Virus record (IMG/VR): IMGVR_UViG_3300036795_000110
Span: 1 to 61,623 of that record
Reading direction: 5' to 3' (one strand)
DNA: 61,623 nt
Origin: a virus
Lineage: Duplodnaviria; Caudoviricetes
Position numbers and translations under genes: made by a program. Under the pieces are notes generated by a model. It searched no databases and was not told the origin of the DNA. It saw only the letters and a program-made list of their open reading frames with translations. Numbering within the stretch: the first letter of the stretch is position 1; each line of letters starts with the position of its first letter. Of the stretch, positions 55,937-61,623 are shown piece by piece.

Positions 55937-56775
55937 TCGTCCTCTCCGTTCTTTTTGCCCTTGGGCTTCCTGGCCCGCAGGTGCTCCCGGTATAGCTCCT
56001 GTACCGGGTCGGTCCTGGACTCCAGCTCCCCGCGCACGTAAGCGACCACGCGATCGAACGTGGGGTTGACCAGGATGCGCGGCAGGGCCATGAACCGGTC
56101 TTTGCCCAGGTACTTCCCGGAGGGCCGGGGATGGCCCAGGTAAAGATCGTCGCGCCCGTCCACGGCCTCGGTGCGGACCACCAGGTCCGAGTACCCCATC
56201 AGGTCGCCCTGGAGCGCGGGGTTGACGTCCGGCCCGTACTTCACCGACATGTCGTCCTCGTCGATGTCGCGCCGCGTCTGGCAGGCAAGCGCCACGTGGC
56301 AGGGCAGGTCGTTGATCCGCCGGACCAGGCGCCGGACCTCCTGGGAGACCACGTTGTAGTATTCCCGGTCGGACCAGTAGCGCAGGGAATCGTCGGGGTC
56401 CTCGTGGCGCTTGGCCGCGTCCTTCTGTACCCGCCCCCACCCCAGGTCCACCTGCACCTCGATCCGCCGCTTGACGTACTCGGTCATGGTGTCGAAGCAG
56501 ACACCCGCGATCGAGCCGGGCTGCTCCTCCAGGGCCTCGCCCCACTCCCACGTCATCTTGAGCAGGACCTCGGGGTCGAGCGTGTCGATCGGGCTGATGC
56601 GATCGGTGGGGACGCCCAGCTCGCGCAGGCGCCTGGCCTTGATCCCGCGGTCCGGCCGGACGTAGATCACGTCGCCCAGCTTGGCCATGAAGGCCAGGTC
56701 GGTGGTCTTGCCCGACCCGTAGGGGCCGTAGTACAGCGCCCGTACCCATTCTTGCTCATCGTCCAGCGTCGGCAT
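55933..56775 (-). CDS. AAA_24 / Sak4-like (RecA-fold) recombinase
   Basis: LYYGPYGSGKTT, CFDT, LGKDR; next to the Cas4-like exonuclease and SSB. Confidence 0.85.
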   Translation of the reverse strand: MPTLDDEQEWVRALYYGPYGSGKTTDLAFMAKLGDVIYVRPDRGIKARRLRELGVPTDRISPIDTLDPEVLLKMTWEWGEALEEQPGSIAGVCFDTMTEYVKRRIEVQVDLGWGRVQKDAAKRHEDPDDSLRYWSDREYYNVVSQEVRRLVRRINDLPCHVALACQTRRDIDEDDMSVKYGPDVNPALQGDLMGYSDLVVRTEAVDGRDDLYLGHPRPSGKYLGKDRFMALPRILVNPTFDRVVAYVRGELESRTDPVQELYREHLRARKPKGKKNGEDE

Positions 56776-56965
56776 GTCACTCCTCGTTCAGCATGCTGGT
56801 TGCGTTCTGTGCGATCCGGTCGAGCGACTCGGACAGCCGCAGGTCGGGGATCAGCCCCGTCCGCTTCAGGTGGTCCCGCTCGTCTCTGATGGCCTCAAGC
56901 AAGGCCCGCGCTAGCTCCATACTGACAGCCAACCACCGGGTTTGACCGTCTGTCAACAAACCGCG

Positions 56966-57235
56966 CTATTTCCACGCCCATTCACGGGTCGTCGTCGTCT
57001 GATCGCCCGCGCGTGCCCGGCTGGTGGCCTCGCCCGCGGTGACCAGCTCGGTTAGGATCGTCCTGACCGTGCCCGTCCCGCCGTTGGTGGGCTGCGACTC
57101 CTGGATGTACCGCAGGCTGATCACCCGGGCCAGCTCGTTCACGGTAAACCATTGGCCTGGGTGGTTGCGCAGGTGCAGGACCACATAGCAGACCATCGCA
57201 TCGTGCAGCGCCACCTGCACCCGGTCCCGGGCCAT
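56966..57235 (-). CDS. Winged-HTH protein
   Basis: WFTVNELARVI...TVRTILTELVTAGEA. Confidence 0.65.
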   Translation of the reverse strand: MARDRVQVALHDAMVCYVVLHLRNHPGQWFTVNELARVISLRYIQESQPTNGGTGTVRTILTELVTAGEATSRARAGDQTTTTREWAWK

Positions 57236-58140
57236 CAGTGCCTCGTGAAGTCGGCGGCAAACCCCTTGTCGTGCAGGAACTGCCGGATATTGATGCCCTT
57301 GCGCCCGGCCATGCACGGCTCGAAAAAGTCGCACTGCCACTGGCAGTTGACCGGATCGGTATGCCGCGGGGAGTCCACGCCCATCCGGGTCACCCGGGCC
57401 TGTTCCGCATAGCGCGTGGACGCGGTCAGGTACGCCTCCCGGGCCACGATATCCAGCTCCTTGTCCGTGCGGTGCAGGCGCAGCCGGGCGAATCGCTTGT
57501 CGAGCGGCGTGGTACCGGGCGCCTTGATGTCCTCCTGGAGCCGGAGCGTGCGGGCCGCGTTCCACTCCTGGCCGAACACCCGCCGGCCGAGCTGGCGCAG
57601 GCCCCACACGTACAGGCCGAACTGGTCGTCCAGCTCCATCGCCCGGTTGTTGGGCAGGTCCTTACCGCTCTTGTGGTCGATCACCTTGACGTTACGCGTG
57701 CGGCGCTCGCGCGCGATCAGGTCAATCTTCATCTTCAGGTAGAAACCGCTGGGCGTACCGCGCGGAGTGGGCAGCCGGACCTGGGCCGGGAACTCGACGG
57801 CCAGGATCTCCCACCCGGGATCGGTACCGTGGCACTCGACGTAGCCCTTGTACATCCACTCGATCAGCGTGGCCAGGTCGGGCGGCATCTGCTCCAGCAG
57901 CGGATCGACCGCCCCCGAGCAGAAGGCCAGGATCTTGGCCTCGTCGGTCTCCCCGGCCTTCTGTAGCCGCATCAGCTCGATATAGTGGCCCTCCATCACG
58001 GTGTGCCAGGCCGAGCCCTTGCCCAGCGCCGACATCGGATCGCCCGCCTTGGTCCAGCGCTCCACGTAGGCCAGCTGGTGCTTTAGCGGGCAGCGCCGGG
58101 CCGTTACCAGCTCGGAATAGCTAACAACCTTAAGTCCCAT
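57235..58140 (-). CDS. Cas4/RecB-like PD-(D/E)xK exonuclease
   Basis: SYS...CP, GSAWH, IDL, IDHKSG, QFGLY, CQWQCDFFEPC. Confidence 0.9.
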   Translation of the reverse strand: MGLKVVSYSELVTARRCPLKHQLAYVERWTKAGDPMSALGKGSAWHTVMEGHYIELMRLQKAGETDEAKILAFCSGAVDPLLEQMPPDLATLIEWMYKGYVECHGTDPGWEILAVEFPAQVRLPTPRGTPSGFYLKMKIDLIARERRTRNVKVIDHKSGKDLPNNRAMELDDQFGLYVWGLRQLGRRVFGQEWNAARTLRLQEDIKAPGTTPLDKRFARLRLHRTDKELDIVAREAYLTASTRYAEQARVTRMGVDSPRHTDPVNCQWQCDFFEPCMAGRKGINIRQFLHDKGFAADFTRH

Positions 58141-58143
58141 GTC

Positions 58144-58473
58144 CTAGATCAGCGGCGCCTTGCCGCGCTCCTTCCGGGTGAGAATAGCAGCCATCGCCGC
58201 TATCTCGAACTTTACCAGCCCTAGCTCGGCCTTCCAGGGCGCGGACCCCTTGCTCTCCCCGTCCTCGTCGGCCTGGGCGTTGTTCACAGCCATGCCCAGG
58301 CGCGAGTCTATCTCCAGGAGGAACCTGGCCATCGATACCGGCGGGTAGGCGTACCGGTCGAGCATCTGAATAACCTGCCCGATCATGTCCGCGTGGTTGA
58401 ACGCCGCCCACTCCTCGGTGGATTCGACCCAGTCCAGGTAGGTCCGCTGCTCCTGTGTCAATCGTCGGCTCAT
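58144..58473 (-). CDS. Hypothetical protein (first gene of the leftward replication operon)
   Basis: ATG 58473 just beyond the operator at 58495. Confidence 0.6.
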   Translation of the reverse strand: MSRRLTQEQRTYLDWVESTEEWAAFNHADMIGQVIQMLDRYAYPPVSMARFLLEIDSRLGMAVNNAQADEDGESKGSAPWKAELGLVKFEIAAMAAILTRKERGKAPLI

Positions 58474-58494
58474 CCCCGTAGCGAACCACCCGCG

Positions 58495-58524
58495 TTGACG
58501 TGGTGTCAACGAGCCCGGTATACT
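58495..58524 (+). promoter_or_regulatory. Repressor promoter TTGACG-N18-TATACT with the operator over the -35
   Basis: Read directly from the sequence. Confidence 0.8.
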
Positions 58525-58558
58525 GGCGGTTGCCCCCACGCCGATTACTAGGAGAGTC

Positions 58559-58828
58559 ATGGCACTGTCACTGCACGAGTTCGGCCAGAGGGCAGACTGC
58601 GACTATACGACGGTATCGCGGCTGCTGTCCGGCGATCGCGCGCCGTCCACGCGCCTGCTCGGCCGGATCTGTAGGGCGTTCGACCTGGACGAGGGCGAGG
58701 CCCTGCGGATACTGGGCCAGGACCAGGCCCGCAACGACGGGAAGACGACCGAGTTCGCCAAATACCTACGCGAGCGCGTGATCGAGGCCCCGGACGACCC
58801 GCCAGCGGAGCAGCGCAAGGCGGTTTGA
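58559..58828 (+). CDS. XRE-family HTH regulator (candidate operator-binding repressor)
   Basis: LSLHEFGQRADCDYTTVSRLLSGDRAPSTRLLGRICRAFDL; flanked by operators at 58495 and 58825. Confidence 0.88.
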   Translation: MALSLHEFGQRADCDYTTVSRLLSGDRAPSTRLLGRICRAFDLDEGEALRILGQDQARNDGKTTEFAKYLRERVIEAPDDPPAEQRKAV

Positions 58829-58860
58829 CACGCGGGCAAAGCCGTGATTTAATTGACAGT

Positions 58861-59355
58861 ATGACAACGAAGCAGGGGACAGCGACCCCCACCACAGGAT
58901 CCCACGTCTGCAACTGCCAGACCGGCCTGCCGGTCCAGTGCACCGCACGCACCCGCAAGTCGTTCGCCCAGGGCCACGACGCCCGGATGGCCAGCCGCCT
59001 GGCAACCGCGGTGGCCGAGGGCGCCATGGATGCCGAGAAGGCCGTCGAGCTGATCCGCCGGGCAGGCGGCAGCGAGCTGCTGATCGGCAAGATGGTCCGG
59101 TCGGCGCAGCTGCGCAAGAACGGCCAGGGCCAGCCCAAGAAGGCCAAAGCCGAGAAGGCCGAGAAGGCGGCCGAGCCGGAGGCCGCACCGACCGAGCCCG
59201 GACCGCAGGTCAACCAGGAGGTGCCGGTGAAGCACGGCGCCCGCGCATTCAAGGCCGTGGTCGTCCGGAACGCCAGCCAGCAACTGGTGGCCCGCCACCG
59301 CCTGACCGGCCAGAACTGCGACCACGACGTGGCGACCGGTGAGAAGGTCAACTAG
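58861..59355 (+). CDS. Leaderless early protein with an N-terminal Cys..QGHDAR motif
   Basis: TTGACA-N17-TTTAAT 7 nt before the ATG; CNC...CTARTRKSFAQGHDARM. Confidence 0.78.
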   Translation: MTTKQGTATPTTGSHVCNCQTGLPVQCTARTRKSFAQGHDARMASRLATAVAEGAMDAEKAVELIRRAGGSELLIGKMVRSAQLRKNGQGQPKKAKAEKAEKAAEPEAAPTEPGPQVNQEVPVKHGARAFKAVVVRNASQQLVARHRLTGQNCDHDVATGEKVN

Positions 59356-59370
59356 CAGCAACCCATCCAC

Positions 59371-59407
59371 GCGAGGCCCGGCCCACCCCATCGGGGCCGG
59401 GCCTCGC
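59371..59407 (+). terminator. Hairpin terminator
   Basis: gcgaggcccggccc...gggccgggcctcgc. Confidence 0.65.
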
Positions 59408-59414
59408 CCGTTCC

Positions 59415-59444
59415 TTGACACCGGGGCAAGTACCCTGGTATCGT
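59415..59444 (+). promoter_or_regulatory. Promoter TTGACA-N18-TATCGT with operator
   Basis: Read directly from the sequence. Confidence 0.75.
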
Positions 59445-59483
59445 CCGTCCTGCACCCCCCCTCCCCAACGACAGGAGCAGCAG

Positions 59484-60575
59484 ATGTCCTCCCACGCCTT
59501 CGAGCGCGGCTCCGGCGGGCGCCGGGCCATCCGGACCCCGTGGTACCAGGCCACGTTCCCGAGGACCACCCGGGCCGTCCGGAGGCTGCTGCGGCGGGTC
59601 CGGCCCGCCCGCCCCCCGGCCGACGTGTACGCGGGCTGGGAGCGGATGGCCCGCCCGGCGGCCCTGGTTCCGAATCCGCGGTTCTCCGCCCCGCCCAGCA
59701 ACGTGATAGTCAGTTACGATCCGGACTACTCGCGGCGGAACGCGCTGGCCGATCTGGTCCTGGCGCTGGAGGCCCGGCAGCCCGCCCGCCCGGAGGAGGA
59801 CAGCGCCACCCGGACCGACATCCCGATGCTGGCCGGGGAGGTCCTGGCGCAGGGTCCCGGTCCCACGCTCTGGGCCGTGTTCCAGCGGGAGCACGCCGAT
59901 CTGTTCGCGGCCATGTTCCCCGAGGAGTCCAACAAGCCGAAGGCGATCGCCCAATGACCGAGTTCGATATCCCGGGGGCCATGGAGGAGGGCCTGTACTC
60001 CAAGCTGCGGGAGCAGGGCTGGACGATAAACAACTCGACCAGCCCGGACGAGTGGCTCAAGGGCCAGATCCAGGTCTGGATCATCCACGTGGCGCGGTCG
60101 TGCGAGGTCCGGTGGCGCCGGGACTACAAGCAGTCCAGGGAGTACAAGGTGGCCAAGGAGACCACCCACGCCATATCCGTAACGAACGCGGTCTCCCGGG
60201 CGCAGCCCTGGAGCATGCACGCCCGGCAGTACGGCAGCAGCCGGGCCGAGTTCGTGGAGTGGCTGGGCCGGGTCGCCAGCGACCTGGTCGAGGAGGAGGG
60301 GAAGCACCATGCCCCTTGATCCGGGCCACGTCCTGATCGCCCAGTTTGAGCACATGACGAGCAGGCTGGATCTGTCGTGCCTGTGCCTCCCACGTCCGGG
60401 CGGCCGGCGCGTCCCGTTCGCCCAGGACGTGGACTGGCACGAGATCCGCCAGCTGTTCAGGGAGCACAGGGAAATGACCAGCCGTCCCCACGTCCCGGCC
60501 ACGCCGCCTATCGGCGGGGCCAGCATGGGGGATGGACCCCGCACACACCGAAGGGCAAAACGAAATGCGACTTAA
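59484..60575 (+). CDS. Three hypothetical genes (59484..59957, 59954..60319, 60309..60575)
   Basis: RBS and overlapping start/stop codons. Confidence 0.6.
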
Positions 60576-61167
60576 CCGGGCACTGGCAGCCATCGCGACT
60601 GCCGCCGGATTGTTCGCCGGGGCCATCGCCCTGGCCGTCCCGGCCGGAGCGTCCACGGCCGGCTGTACCGGCCTCGTCACCGGGCCGTATGCGAACAGCT
60701 GCGGCTCCGAGGTCAACATGTACGGCAACGCGTTCGACGTGTTCCAGCAGGGCGCCTGGAAGGGCAACCGGGTCATCGCCTATCCGAACTCGACGACCGA
60801 CCGGGCCACCGACTTCATCGCGCTGAGCACCAACGGAAACCCCGACGAGCGGGTGTTCTTCTACGCGCCGGACGGCAAGATCACGAACCTGGTCATCGTC
60901 GACCCGGCCGGGGGATACCCGGGCGACAGCAGGGATGGGCTGATCCTCAAGCCGTACATCGCGGGCAGCAAGTTCCAGCAGTTCACCGGAGTCAACACCC
61001 AGAACACCGCCGGGACTCAGTGGACCAACATCGCCACCGGCCAGGTCGTCACGCCGATGGGCACCCGTAACCAGATCGTCACCACGCCCGCCGCAACCGC
61101 TGCCCTGTCGCTGGGCTCCTATTGGGGCTGGAACGCCAACGGGGTCGACCCGGTTCCGGCCGGCTAG
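60565..61167 (+). CDS. Secreted protein (Sec signal peptide), possibly a beta-trefoil/ricin-B-like lectin
   Basis: MRLNRALAAIATAAGLFAGAIALAVPAGA with an AxA cleavage site; LILKP...SKFQQF and QWTNIATGQVV. Confidence 0.7.
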   Translation: MRLNRALAAIATAAGLFAGAIALAVPAGASTAGCTGLVTGPYANSCGSEVNMYGNAFDVFQQGAWKGNRVIAYPNSTTDRATDFIALSTNGNPDERVFFYAPDGKITNLVIVDPAGGYPGDSRDGLILKPYIAGSKFQQFTGVNTQNTAGTQWTNIATGQVVTPMGTRNQIVTTPAATAALSLGSYWGWNANGVDPVPAG

Positions 61168-61179
61168 CCCGCCAGGCCC

Positions 61180-61282
61180 CCCTGCTGGGAGAGGACTACC
61201 GGGGAAACTCGGTCCCGTAGGCGCTCCCAGCAGGGCCTCCCCGGCCCCTGCTCCCCCTCCCCTCGCCCGGAGCAGGGGCCGG
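61180..61282. terminator. Paired hairpins between convergent transcription units
   Basis: Stems 61180-61191/61224-61235 and 61241-61254/61269-61282. Confidence 0.6.
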
Positions 61283-61291
61283 CCCATGTCC

Positions 61292-61623
61292 CTAGTAGGT
61301 GAGCGACCGGGTCCAGGTGTTGCCGCCCCAGACCCCGTCGACCTGGGAGCCGGTGAAGCCCCAGAGCTGCTGGGCGCGCTCGACCGCGGCCTTGGTGATC
61401 GGGCCGAACGATCCGTCGATCGACAGGCCGATGAGCTGGGCGATCTTGTTGGCCTCCCCGGCGGCCACCATGATGCCCTGGATGTCGTGCACCGACTGGT
61501 GATGGCCGGGCTGGTCCTTGGCCCCCTGGGCCAGGACCGGCAGTGTGAGCTGAAGTGACACGGTGACTCCCGGGGTAGATCCTCCACTGGCGGTGGCGCC
61601 GTCGCCACCAGAAACCGTACCGG
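61292..61623 (-). CDS. Endolysin, 3' part: peptidoglycan-binding (PG_binding_1-like) domain
   Basis: LPVLAQGA...IQ...LSIDGSFGPITKAAVERAQQLWG...VDGVWGGNTW, the classic DGxFGxxT / DGxxGxxTW repeats. Confidence 0.88.
   Translation of the reverse strand, partial: GTVSGGDGATASGGSTPGVTVSLQLTLPVLAQGAKDQPGHHQSVHDIQGIMVAAGEANKIAQLIGLSIDGSFGPITKAAVERAQQLWGFTGSQVDGVWGGNTWTRSLTY
61503..61623. repeat. Terminal direct repeat copy 2
   Basis: Identical to 1..121. Confidence 0.97.

Larger units (their letters stand above)
31378..59429. promoter_or_regulatory. Dispersed palindromic operator TTGNC-N5-GNCAA (about 22 copies)
   Basis: 15-mers starting at 31378, 31759, 32811, 33093, 33827, 33867, 34105 (degenerate), 36638, 37026, 37530, 38631, 45550, 49160, 49527, 49561, 51435, 53867, 54517, 56942, 58495, 58825, 59415; nearly all at gene boundaries. 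Confidence 0.9.

Noticed and set aside
57235-58140. Cas4-like gene as evidence of a CRISPR system
   Set aside because: There is no array or other cas gene; it sits with a Sak4-like ATPase and SSB in a standard phage recombination module.
61503-61623. 121-bp terminal repeat as a biological DTR or att site
   Set aside because: It lies in the middle of the endolysin reading frame and is most simply the assembler overlap of a circular contig.
1-61623. Integrase, ParA partition system, tRNA genes or a diversity-generating retroelement
   Set aside because: No matching motifs were recognised by eye; the only ParB-like domain is inside the MuF polyprotein. HMM and tRNAscan searches are needed to confirm absence.

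Overview
This is a complete, circularly assembled tailed-phage genome: 61,502 bp of unique sequence, with bases 1-121 repeated exactly at 61503-61623. It is very GC-rich, with siphovirus-like gene content and actinobacterial-style promoters and leaderless genes. The minus strand carries virion and lysis genes (about 30 kb down to 1, with the endolysin crossing the junction) and replication/nucleotide genes (about 42-58.5 kb). Islands of small genes split terS, terL and portal. I saw no integrase, ParA, tRNA or CRISPR array. Highlights: (1) The portal, the MuF minor head protein and a neighbouring head-locus protein are polyproteins with enzymatic cargo (ADP-ribosyltransferase, Nudix, ParB-like, HipA/PI3K-like kinase, HExxH peptidase). 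Five modules start with the same tag, K-[VA]-G-P-[HK]-G-[YF]-x-H-G-W, and domain boundaries fall at hydrophobic-x-Lys sites. This suggests a capsid-loaded, protease-released, tagged effector system. (2) A purZ-family (PurZ0-like) gene sits with a MazG-like/Nmad1-like gene, an atypical dUTPase-like gene, a HAD phosphatase and PolA, predicting 2-aminoadenine (Z) DNA without a visible DatZ. (3) About 22 copies of a palindromic operator TTGNC-N5-GNCAA lie across the early region, five of them nested in SigR/SigH-type GGAAT-N18/19-GTT promoters. (4) Two promoter-proximal structured non-coding leaders and a membrane-anchored HNH nuclease. All family assignments come from reading motifs by eye; no database search was run.
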